This document shows positions 39,901-52,000 of a stretch of 64,000 nucleotides of DNA, in pieces. Source of the DNA: Carcharhinus amblyrhynchos (taxonomy: Eukaryota); contig OZ336895.1 in assembly GCA_965287045.1 (NCBI GenBank), positions 21,700,001 through 21,764,000 on the forward strand. The letters run 5' to 3'. Below the pieces are notes generated by a model. The model was not told where the DNA came from. It made no database searches and was given only the letters and a program-made list of their open reading frames with translations. The position numbers and the translations under genes are program-made. Every line of letters starts with the position of its first letter. Position 1 is the stretch's first letter.

Positions 39901-42900
39901 GTAGAGGCAAGAAAATATTAGATTAGAGAGGCATCTGTGTTGGCACAGATTTGGTGGGCCGAAGGGCCTGTTACTGTGTTGTACTGTTCTCTGCTCTTTG
40001 TTTCAAAGTACTTTAACAGTGCTGTGGGTGTGCCTACACCAGTTTGGAGGCTGAATTAACTTAAACTTGCTGATTAAGGTCTGGGGGACTTTTTTTAGAA
40101 TGGCAGCGAGCTATATTGTCAAAGCTTGTACTGGTGGTGCAGGAATTTTAGTGCCTCTTAACAACTAGGAACAGAAATATTGTCGTTCAAATAAAACTAT
40201 TACAAAGATTATTTTCCAGCCCCAGAAGAAGACTTTCTCGAGCAGTTTTATATTACTGTGGACAGTAATATGCAGGTGTTGACAGTTTGTGTAATAGATA
40301 GTAAGATAATCATTTGATGCTGAGTCATCCGATTCCTTAAATATTAATGCTCTCTTGATACCTCATTTCATGGCAACCATGGTTTGAATGTAATTCTGAC
40401 TGTAATGCAGAAATCCAACATAGTATTTCTGCTGGCCTGTATCAGATAGAGACCATGATACAAGTATAGGTTTGCTGCTCACGAGATTTAGCTCTGTCAT
40501 AATGCACTGTGAATTGTGCACTTCTGAAGTTATCGACTGTCAGCTTGTGGTTTAGTTCTGGTTTTAGTTATCCTAGCCCATGTGCTGTCAAATTTAAATT
40601 GCCTTTTGCAAGAAATGCAGTGCTCACAATTAATACCATGATCTTAGCAACGTGAATGAAATTTTTTGTTTGTGAGGGAAGTTTTTGATGTAGTATTTGT
40701 GGGTGGGGTTGTGTGGTGACTGGAGGCCAATATTTGTCCATTTCCCCTCAACTCGTAATGTACAAGGGGTCTGTTTCTATACCTTCTCATGGAAGGTACC
40801 TCCTCCATTATTGTTCATAGGGTACCAGCATCTCTTCTGTGCTTTAAACAAATGTCCACTTTTTAGACAGGAGGGTTGGAAATGATTGCATCTGAATTTG
40901 AAACACACTGGTTCATTTTCAGCAGAAATCAACAATGGAAATGTTGAACATGGCATTTTGAGGTCACTCAAAGGCTATCCATCACCACTGCAATGGAGAT
41001 CGACTAACAATGGATGAACCTCAGTCTCATTATTGGTGGATCATTAAAACACCACTTAAAAATTGGCATATTCTTTCACTGATCCCATCCTAACCCCAAT
41101 TGAAACAGCTAAATTATTTGCCTCTACCAATCTCTGGAAAAAACATTTCCTGGCAATGACTTGTATATGACTATTTCTTTGCATATCCAGTGAAGTTGCA
41201 TTTGGTAATTTAAAATTATTTTAAATTACCAAGAAGACCTTAACTTGTACTCCAGAATAATATTTTTCTAATCCCACTTGTGTGTTGCTTTCAGGGGCCC
41301 TCTGCCTTTTCTGGAAGCTGGAGAGTTTGCCTAATCCTGACTTTAGTTGGATTCAGTAAAATAATGTACATCAAGGGCAATTGCAGGCATAAGTACGGAT
41401 TCCTGAGACACTCTGCTGCATGTGTCATCTCAGCCTGACATCCATCATCTAGCTAATGCTAGCCAATACCTTGCCCAGCTCCAAATCTTGCAGGAGGAAA
41501 TTCACAATTTTGAGCTTGTTTAGAATCTTTTTATGTGCAATTTTATTGGGTGCTTTCTGGTATCATGGGGCATGAATGTAACTCAAGGGACAGTAGCCTG
41601 CCATCGCTAAAAAGGATCACTGGATCTCATGATCCAGTCTCCATTTCACTTTGGCTGTGAGCAGAAAATAGTACGCACGGTTCTACTGTTGATGTCTTCA
41701 AGCTTTCTATCCATGGGTATCTGTTCCTATGGACTTCGTCTAAACAAATGAATACCCAATGTGTTTGTGACGGGAAGCATATTGGTTCTTTGTTTCAAAT
41801 CAATTCCATTGTTTAGGGTTATTTAAATCTAATTAATTTAGTCCTGGCAAAAACATGGGGCGGGAGGGGGGTGGTGGGGTGGGATGTGGGGGAGGAGGGT
41901 GTGCAGACTGGAAAAACTGGGCAGTTGCATGGCTTTCACTTTCCTAGAAGTACATTACACATCTGCTTTGTCAAACAAAACATCTGTACTCTTTGGACTC
42001 TTATGAGGGTCAGTAGATCTTTTATTTCGGACGGATGACATGCTGAGAGTATTTAACATGCATACTAAATTATGAAGTAAAAATGGCCAGCATTTGAGAA
42101 GATCTCAATTTTTCTTTTACACCTTGCTGTTAAAGTTGGAAATATTTCTTGATCATTAATTCAACTAATACAGCTGTTTCAGTCCATCTGCCTTTTGATT
42201 TCTAGGATCAAATGGAACAAATTGAAAAGCAGGAAAGGACTCTGATTAAGCTGGAGAAACAGTTAAAATCCATGAAGGGATCAAGTATGTCCGATTGTGA
42301 TTTTACATTTTTTTGAATGAATGAAAATGTACTTTTTGGATCATTTCTGTCTTTACTTTTTGATATTGTGCTCTTGATAATTCTACTTCATAGCTGCAAT
42401 AAATTCTCTGCTATGGATGACCCTAATTTACAGCTAAATTTCTGACACTGAACCCACAATAATGAACACAACCTGATTCTAAATTAGCTGCTGGACTTCT
42501 CTTTTTCTATCTTGAAAATATCAGGTTATCATATCAGCCCCTGAATTTACTAAGCAATTTTCCTTGAATGTGAAGATAGTAAACAGTAAACATATGTTCT
42601 TAGTGACAATACTAAGCTGCTCCCCATCCAGTTGGCTGCAATCAATATGCTAAGTTACTATTTTGTAGTTGACTTTTATGAGCTGTATTCTTTTAATCTT
42701 TTTAACCACAGAAGTGAAATCAACTTAATTTATTCCTTAAGTTTCAACCTAACTGAACTTGAGCAGTTTCAGTCTATGAAATGTCCTGCATTTTTTCCAC
42801 TATGCATACCCTCTGACCTCCCCTCCCCCCCCAAAATGTTTTTGCCAGGACTAATTAGATTTAAATAACCCCAGCCAGATTCAAATTTGCAGCTGCTGTC

Positions 42901-42964
42901 TGACCTCCTCTATTCCAGCTTTCTGTTTGTCAAAAGTATCTGCCAGTCTTGCACATAATTGAGA

Positions 42965-43010
<46 letters not shown>

Positions 43011-46000
43011 CAAAATTTAGCACTGCAGTGTGAGAATGTGCTCGTAAAACCCTCTGCTACAGTTGCACCAAAATCCTTCACTGTTTAGCTGCAATTCAGG
43101 GTATTGTACCTAAAATGTTTTGGAACTTCAGTCTAAAAAAATTATTAGAACATAGATCGGTGTGTTAATGTAGTTGGCATTTAGAGTCTGGAAGGTGGGA
43201 TTTTATGGCCTCGCTCGTCAACTGTAAAATTCCACCTGAGGTTAATGGACATTCCCATTGTCTGCCCCTCATCCACTCTGATTCCCATGGTGGGCAAAGC
43301 AGTAAAGTTCCAGCCGTCTACGTCCAAGATTTATCTTATCTTCTCGCTGTCTCTAGGAATACCGATGTATGTGGCTGACAGCAAGGTGGATGAACTACCT
43401 AACTTGCCTTCCATCTCGTGGAAACCCAGGGATTTCCAGGGAATGTTAGAATGCAGAAAAGAAGATGAAGCTCACTTAATAAGAAACCTTATCACTGGTA
43501 AGGCAGTGTGTTTTAATAGCTGACTGAATTGCACTGGTTTTTAATAGAACACTAAATAAATTTCTATTTTCAGATCTTTCTAACTAGATATCACCACCTT
43601 CATCATTAAGAAAGAACTTGTGATTTTTAGAATTCTTTTCAAATCTGGGGCAAAATTGAGCAATTGGCCTGTCTGGAAACAGTTGTGCAAAAGATTTTAA
43701 CATCTGATTTCATTTAACATGTTGCTTTCTAACTTCCCCCTCCAAAATGATTGCTATGTAGGTGTAAGCCCATTGGCTGGCTGTTAAAATGGGGATGCAG
43801 GAGTTCAGAGACCTGGAGAATAACCGGGTTAATGCCCTGGAAGCAGATTCTGGTCAGAGGATGGGACTGAAGAAGGGTTGCCCAAGGTTCCTTGTGAGGA
43901 CTCGAGAGTACTCCTGCTCCAAGCCCATGAGGGAACTGGAATTGAAAGGTGAAGAATGGTTTTTGTTCCCCTTTTGGGTTGGGAGAACATACCATCACCT
44001 CAACCAAATTCTATCCATGTGGAAGCAATTATACTTAAAAAAAAAATACAAGTTATACAAATTTTTCTAGAAATAATAGAATGGTAATTTAACTTGACTA
44101 AGTTATGTTTGTTATTTTACAGGTTCTTTAATGAAATTAAACGGGTATCTGGGCCCTTTTTTCATTTTGAAGAGATTATTTTTGTTCAAATTTTTGAATT
44201 GATATGTGCAATAATTTTAGCTTATTGAGTTCAGGCAATAGATGTCCCACCACCCATGAAAGGGCCTTTAATATTTTTCTAGAAGGGTTTTGATCAGCAC
44301 ACCCTGGGTGGACTCCCCTTGAGGCATTTACCATCTATTAAGAGTCATATGAACTCTTATGCTGCCAGACTTGAGTTTATCCAGCATCTTGAATGGCCAA
44401 TGCACCTACCCAGCACACCTTTCAGACTGAAAAAACTGGAAGAAACCCATGCAGACACGGGGAGAATGTGCAGACTCTGCACAGACAGTAACCCAAGCCA
44501 GGAATCGACTGGGGTCCTTGGTGCTGAGAGTCAGCAGTGTTAACCATTGTGTCACCCTATTTTTATTTACCAAAGCTTTGGATTGCAGCCATACAAATTG
44601 GATATTATCACATTCCTCCTCTATATACATTTTAATGTTAATAGCTGTACCATTCATACCGCTAGATATGAAAATGATCCTTAAATGTTCTTGTGTGTCT
44701 CATCAGACCTGCCTGCATCAAAAGCACTAAGAAGATGACATATGCACCCCAATGATATTGCCTTATCCTGATGTAATGTTCTGATTCTTTTATTTAAATA
44801 TTTGCCTTTTTGTTTGTGAAAGCTGCATTCAAAGGATGAGAAAACAAATATTAAAACTTATGCAAGAATTAGCTGGTTCAGAAACTCAATGAATGGGATT
44901 TTCTGGCCCTGCTCACCCCGAAACTGGAAAATCCTGCCTAAAGTCAATGGACCTTTCCATGGTCCGCCCCTCACCTGCTCCAATTCTTGTGGCAGGTGGG
45001 TTGGTAAAATTTGCCCCAGTGTTCCAGAACGTGCTGTAAACTGATTGTCAAACACCAGTGCACACCATTAGTTGAGCTTGCCCATGTTTAAATTGCCTTT
45101 AATTTGTTTTGGTAACAAGATGGAAATGGCATTGTGCCCTTGGTAGGGCATTTTGAACCTGAGTAGTTAGAGATGCATTTGCTTTGCATATTTAATCAGA
45201 CTGAAGGATTGTGAAATTAAGGGCTAGGGTTGAGAAGAAAATATGGGCTTGACTGAATGCTTTTAATGGTAAAAGAATAAGAGATTCCAAAGAGAAGAGA
45301 GACCCAAATGTTTCCAATAAAAATCTTCCAACGATTAGACTCTCCACTTGTGACTGTGGTGCAGATCATGGAGACTGACTTGCTGTGGCAACAAGTCATA
45401 CATGAATCTCTGGATAGTGAAGGTAAAGGCTTCAGTTTTATTTCCATTCCATCACATGGCTGACCAAGAATCTTTCCTATTCTCACTACCCAATATTGGC
45501 TTGTGTTGGAAGGGCTTGCAGGGTGATAATCAGACTGGTTGTTATAAATGCACCTATCTTGGCCATCAAGTTCTGGGTTGGAGCTTGAACCTGGAGCTTC
45601 TGACTTCAAGGCAGGGATGCTACCCACTGTGCCATAAGACCACCTACACTTGTAATGGTTAGATTTCTGTGCCGAAGAGGTTTTCTGGCTATAATTACAA
45701 TTCACTTCATTGCTAAGGGTACTTGGACTTGAAATGGCTTTACGTTGTGAGCTTTGTTTATGTTCTGTTCCATGCATTTCAATGGTGAGGCAAATAGTGA
45801 AAAACTGTGTTTGTGAATCTAGTGATGTCATTTCTGATAGCAACTGTTTACCGTTTACATTAAATCACTTGTTTGCCCTTGAAGCTGATGTAACATTTGT
45901 GCATAAAAGTGAGCACTATTTACTTTGCTGTTACTTAGCCAATTTTGGGCCATCCCATAGGAAATTATATGCTGACTATTGTATTGATTTTGCTTTTGGT

Positions 46001-49000
46001 TTTTAGATCTCAAACCACAATCTGATGCATTAAGTGCACTACCAACGCTTCCAGCGTTCATTTTTTTCATGTGCATCAGGCATGCAGATTACACAAACGA
46101 TGAACAGCGAGCCCATTCCCTGTTTACAGCTATGCTTAATGGGATTAAAAAAGTCCTAAAGGTAGGAATAAGAAATGAAGTAGATGTAAGGTGTATTTTG
46201 ATAAGCACCTATTTAATGCAGCCTTAACATGTCCTTTTCTGTTTCTGGAAAAGCTTACTTTTTGTTCCTCTCCCCGCTACCTGCTGTATTCCATAGTTGG
46301 CAGTTCACTGGTGAGATGATGTTGCATGATTAACGTGGGTTGAGTTCTCTCCCTTTTTTAATTTGTACTCTTGAGGAATATCTGTGGCCTATTGAGTAGG
46401 TTGAGGTTTCTGGCTTAATGTTTCACATTTAAAACATATATCTTCAGAAATTATACCACCTAGATCTCTGAATTTCATGCACAGCCCAGTTTAGCAACCC
46501 ATATCTTCCATGGTCAGGATAACTACAATTAAAGAATATAAAATTCTTTTGGCCACTTTTTCAGTAATATAAATAGAAAAACATAATACTTCTGTACTTT
46601 AAGACAGTATTTTACAATTAGTGGCCATCTTTTATATGGAAAACACATGCCAAATTTACATGGCATGCCTCGAGAGAAATGAAAGTCACTCAAGTTCGAG
46701 GACCATGAGTTGCTCTTTCCCCCTGGGAGCACTGACTGGTGGTTATTTAACTTGAGGGGTCATCACACCTCGGGCAAGGGCCAAGATTGAGAAGGTGGGG
46801 CCTCACGCATAATCTTTCAAAGAAGGTTAATGATCTTTTGATTTAGTGATGGTTGAGGGAAGATTGTTGGCCATGAAATTAGGATAATTTTTATCCAAAT
46901 TTTTTGTCCCAGGGCAAATTCATCCCTCCTGCTATTCCAACTATCTTACCTTTTATACCACTATCAGCATTCCATTGTCCTTCACATTACCATTAATACT
47001 GCCTCTGTCTTGTTCCTTAAGCATCTTTGTTGCGATCTCTCCTAGCTCTGATCAATCACTGACCTTCTATTTTACAGTTCATGAAATGCATCATATTTTT
47101 CCCTCTTTAACTCTGAAGAAGAATCATGTTGACTTGAAACATTAACTTTGTTTCTCTCTCCAATGATGTTGCCAGACCTGTTGAGTTTTTCCAGCATTTT
47201 CTGTTTTTATTTGGGATAATTTCTATCTTTCCAAATAAATGCTAAACTGAGGCCCCGGCTCCCTCTGCCCTCTGGGTAGATGGAGATAAACCAAGTGTGA
47301 TTTTTTTTTTAAAAAGTGGATTCTCCCAGTCCCTCAACCAACATCTGAAACAGATTATGTAGTCATTTATTTCATTGCTGTTTGTGGGAGCTTGAGGTGT
47401 GCAAATTGGCTGCTATTTCATACAAAATTGACAACAATTAACGTACTTAATTGTCTGTAAAATACTTCAGTCAAAATAGCGAGATACTGAAAGGTGCTAT
47501 GTAAACTGTTGCTGCACCATCACCACCTTATTCTTCTGATCACCTTTGGGGATAGTAACCTGAGATTTTTGCATCCAAATGAGTGGATGGGTGCTAGGTT
47601 TAATGTAATCTCAAAGACAATTCAATATTGCACAGGAGTCATAGTCATAGAGCAATACAGCAAGGAAATAGGCCCTTCAGTCCATGCTGATCATGGTGCT
47701 CCTCCCTCCCAGCTATTCCCAATTGCTCACATTTGGCCCATATCCCCCTCATCCTTTCCCATCCATGTACATATATCCAAATGCTCTTTAAATATAGCTT
47801 TTGAACCTGCCACAACCACTTTATTTGGCAGCTCATTCTATATCTGCACCACCCTCTGTGAAGAAGTTGCCCCTTGGGTCCCTTTTTTATTAAAAAAATC
47901 TTTCCCCTCGCTCCTTTAACCTATGTCCCCTCATTTTCAATTTGCCTACCTTGAGAAAAGGACTGTTTATCCTATCTATGACCCTAATGATTTTATACAT
48001 CTCAAGGTCACTGCTCATTCTCCTATGTTCCAAGGAATAAAACCCTAGATGGCCAACCATTTCCTATAACTCAGGCCCACGAGTGCTGGCGACATTCTCA
48101 AAGGTCATCTTTGTAGTCTTTCCAGTCTATCCAATGCCTTTCCTATAACAGTGTGACCAAAATTGTACACAATGCTTCAAGTGTGATCTCACCAATGACT
48201 TGTACAACTGTAACGTAAGGCCCCAACTGTTGTACTCAGTGCCCTGACTGATGAAGGCGAGTGTGCTAAACACCATCTTCACCGCTCTGTCTACCTGTGA
48301 CACTACTTTCAACAAATTATGTACTTGTGCTTGTAGGTCCTTCTAGTGTCAGGCAAGATTGTTTGATTTATCTGAAGTGGAATGTGAACACGCAACCTTT
48401 TGGAGGCATGACTGTTACAAGTGAACCACAAATGAAAATTAGGGCAACATTTTCACTGAACCCTTGAGCGAATAATATTTCGGCTTTGTACACACCTCTT
48501 GTGTATTATGTGTAGAATTGACATGGCAAGAAATTGGGTGAATTAACTATAGTAATTATGGGGGTAATTTTTGTTAGTTAAAGCAAAATAATTCTGATTT
48601 GAGCAGCAGATAGAAAATGGAACACTTTTTAAATGTATTTTTGTTTAAATTTGGCAGAGAAGCTCTGATTTTGAGATGGTGGCATTCTGGCTTTCCAACA
48701 CTTATCGTCTGTTGGTCTGCTTAAGGCAGTATAGTGGGGATGAGGTGAGTGTTTCAATTTTATATCAAGATTCCATTGTGAAGGAGGAGGCCACCAAGGC
48801 ACAACTTGTATTCAAAGGATAAATTTAAATCAGGAAAGGGTAAATATCAGTTATCGGTTTTAAAAGACTGACAGTTGTGACTTTTTAATGTACTCCAATG
48901 TCATGAAGATGTTATTACTTTATCTTTTAAGATGGGTTTATCCTATTTCACTGAACTTTATACGTTCACATTTTAAAAGCCACTGAACAACTTAACTGCA

Positions 49001-52000
49001 CAAGTGTTTCGACCAGCTGGTTGGATTGTGCACCAGTGGTTTGATTTCTGTACAAGGAGGAACTGAGACAATTTGCTGAGCAACACTACCGGAAAGATCT
49101 CCATCCTCAAATAAATATCCCATATAATATAGACACAGATCCTGCATCATCTCAAATTAAGGCTCCAGAATTTAGCAGACTGCACACTGACATAATAGTG
49201 CATGTTTAGATAAAGATGCTTAACTTTGGTATGTCAGTATGAAATCAAGTTTTTTTTTTGTTTTTACAGAACTCTGTAGAAATGAACACACCTGAACAAA
49301 GAAAACACGCCTTGAGGAATTTTGACCTTTCTCAGCATTGCCTGATTTTGTCTGATCTTGCCATTCAACTTTACCACCAATTAATCAAAGTTGCAGAGGG
49401 AAAACTTCAGGAAATGATTGGCAAGTGATATTAGTGCTAATTGAAACCTACTCTGGTTGTTGCCAGTTTAGGGGGACGGGGGGGTGGTTTTTCAAAAACA
49501 TTGAGCTACACATTTGACGTTTCTCACTTGAAAGCTGTCTTACCAATCAGTATAACCACTATTGAATGTAGGAGGAAAGGATTTTTTAAAAAAATCAATA
49601 GCAAGTAATCATTGATTTTTGTAATAGAAAATATCATTAAATGTTAAGGGGTGGGCTGATGGTGGAAACTGTACTTAGAGTCAGAGGTTTACAGCATGGA
49701 AACAGGGCTTTCGGCCCAACTTGGCCATGATGCCCTTTTTTAAACCCCAATTGCCTGCATTTGGCCCATATCCTGCTATACACATCTTACCCATATAACT
49801 GTCTAAATGCTTTTTAAAATAAATTGCACCTGCCTCTACTGCTATTTGCGGCAACTTGTTCCAGACACTCGCCACCCTCTTTGTGAAAACATTGTCTGTC
49901 TTCACCCTTTTGTATCTCTCTCCTCTTCCCTTAAACCTTTGCCCTTTGGTCGTAGACTCTGCAACCTTTGGGAGAAGATATTGACTATCTAGCTGATCTG
50001 TGCCCCTCTTTATTTTGTAGACTTCTATAAGAGCACCCCTCAGCCTTCTATATTCCAGAACAAAAATTCCCAGTCTATCCAGCCTCTCCTCAAAACACAA
50101 ACCATCAACTCTTGGTAGCATCCTAGTAAATCTCTTCTGCACTCTTTTTCTAGTTTAATAATATCCTTTCTTTAATAGAATAAGTTTCTGACATGCCAAA
50201 TCAAGAGTCCTATTGGTTTACCTGCAAATAAGGGCCAGTAATCATAAGAAATCACATCTCCCCTTAGGATGTGGGAAGGTGAAGACAATGAAATTTCTTT
50301 ATAGTGCTTAGAAATATAAAAGATCCAATAGGAATAATCATAGAATCCTTACAGTACAGAGGGAGGCCATTCGACCCATTGAGTCTGCACTGAACCCAAT
50401 CCCACCCAGGCCCTACACCTATATCCTTACATGTTTTACCCACTAATCCCTCTAACCTACGCATAGGACACCTGAGGGGCAATTTTAAGCATGGCCAATC
50501 AACCTAACCTGCACATCTTTGGACTGTGGGAGGAAACTGGAGCACCCAGAGGAAACCCACGCAGACACGAGGAGAATGTGCAAACTCCACACAGTGACCC
50601 AAGCTGGAATCGAACCCAGGTCCTTGGAGCTGTGAAGCAACAGTGCTAGCCACTGTGCTGCCCAAACAATCATTCCACAGGGTGGAAAAAGCTTTCTCTC
50701 TCTCTCTCTCTGCTATCGGCTTGGAAATTTGGATCAAATTGAACATTATCAGGTGGGAACTGACAAAAATGAAGAAAGTTGGGGTTGAGCATTTGGAAGT
50801 TTATCTCTAATTTAGAGTCTGCCATCAGTGAAGTTCTGCTGACTGACTTTTTCTAAAATACCCTGGGTGGGGTTTTCTGACTGTTCCCACTGGTGAGATC
50901 TTCAGTCCCACCAATGGCAGTCCCTTGTTATGGGTTCCCTGACAGCAGAGGGTATAAACCAATGGGGAAACCCCATCTGACAGTAGTGAGATTGGAAGAT
51001 TTACACCAGAGGCCAGTGCTGGATGGCCTCCACTGCCATAATGACATCTTTCCTCACCAACCACCACCACCAGCAACGCCCCCCCCCCACCCCACCCTCT
51101 GTGTTGGTAAAGTGGTTAAGAGTCGTGTGCAGTAGTTTTAAGCATAAAGATAATTTTTTAGAACTGTCTGTTTGTCATCTGTGCTTGCAGTGTCTGGAAT
51201 GCTGGAAAATGACACCCTTCAGAGTATTTCGAGTATGACGGCAAAATCAGCCGGCTATAGAAAGAAAACAGGAGGTCTTTCTGGAGAAAATACTGCGTAC
51301 ACACTGAATTCCATCATTCAACAATTAAACTACTTCCATGATGTCCTCTCCAAACATGGTTTGCATCCTGAAATAATTAAACAAGTCTACCGGCAGATTT
51401 ATTACATAATTGCAGCAGTCACATTGAACAACTTGCTTCTAAGGAGGGATATGTGTTCCTTTAGCAATGGAGTCCAAATCAGGTAAAAGTCTCGTGATTA
51501 TTGTTAGAATTTTGTAAAATCTTTTGTTGGCAGCAAATGCAAAAAGAAGTTATTGAACATTGTTCATTTGCCCTTTTACAGCAATGAAGGCTGTTTGCAC
51601 TGCATGTCTCATGAGCTGTCCAATGAGAGGCAATTAACTTAATTTGGAATAACACAAGTTTAGCTCTTTAAATTGGCATCAGTGTGTTTTATCCATGTAT
51701 TAGCATAATCAGCATAATATGCCATGAGGTTGATGTGCAACTCAAAGTGCTTTTCTTAGTGTTCTAGGTCTTCAGAGGGGGGGGGGGGGGGGGGCAAGTT
51801 CAGTGGAGATGTGTGGGGGAAATTTGTTTGCACAGGGTGGGGTTCTGGAATGTACTGCCAAGTGAGTGGTTGAGGGAGGTACGTTAGTCACATTTAAGAC
51901 TTGCCTTGATATGCATATGAACAAACAAGGAATAGAGGGGTTTAAGCGGTTGGTTTAGATGGGTAAACATGATGGTCATAGGCTTGAAGGGCCTGTTCCT

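Noticed and set aside
45217-45843. 208-aa minus-strand ORF
   Set aside because: Runs through a SINE; no recognisable protein motif.
4805-50662. tRNA genes at A/B-box motifs
   Set aside because: All are SINE heads continuing into SINE bodies.
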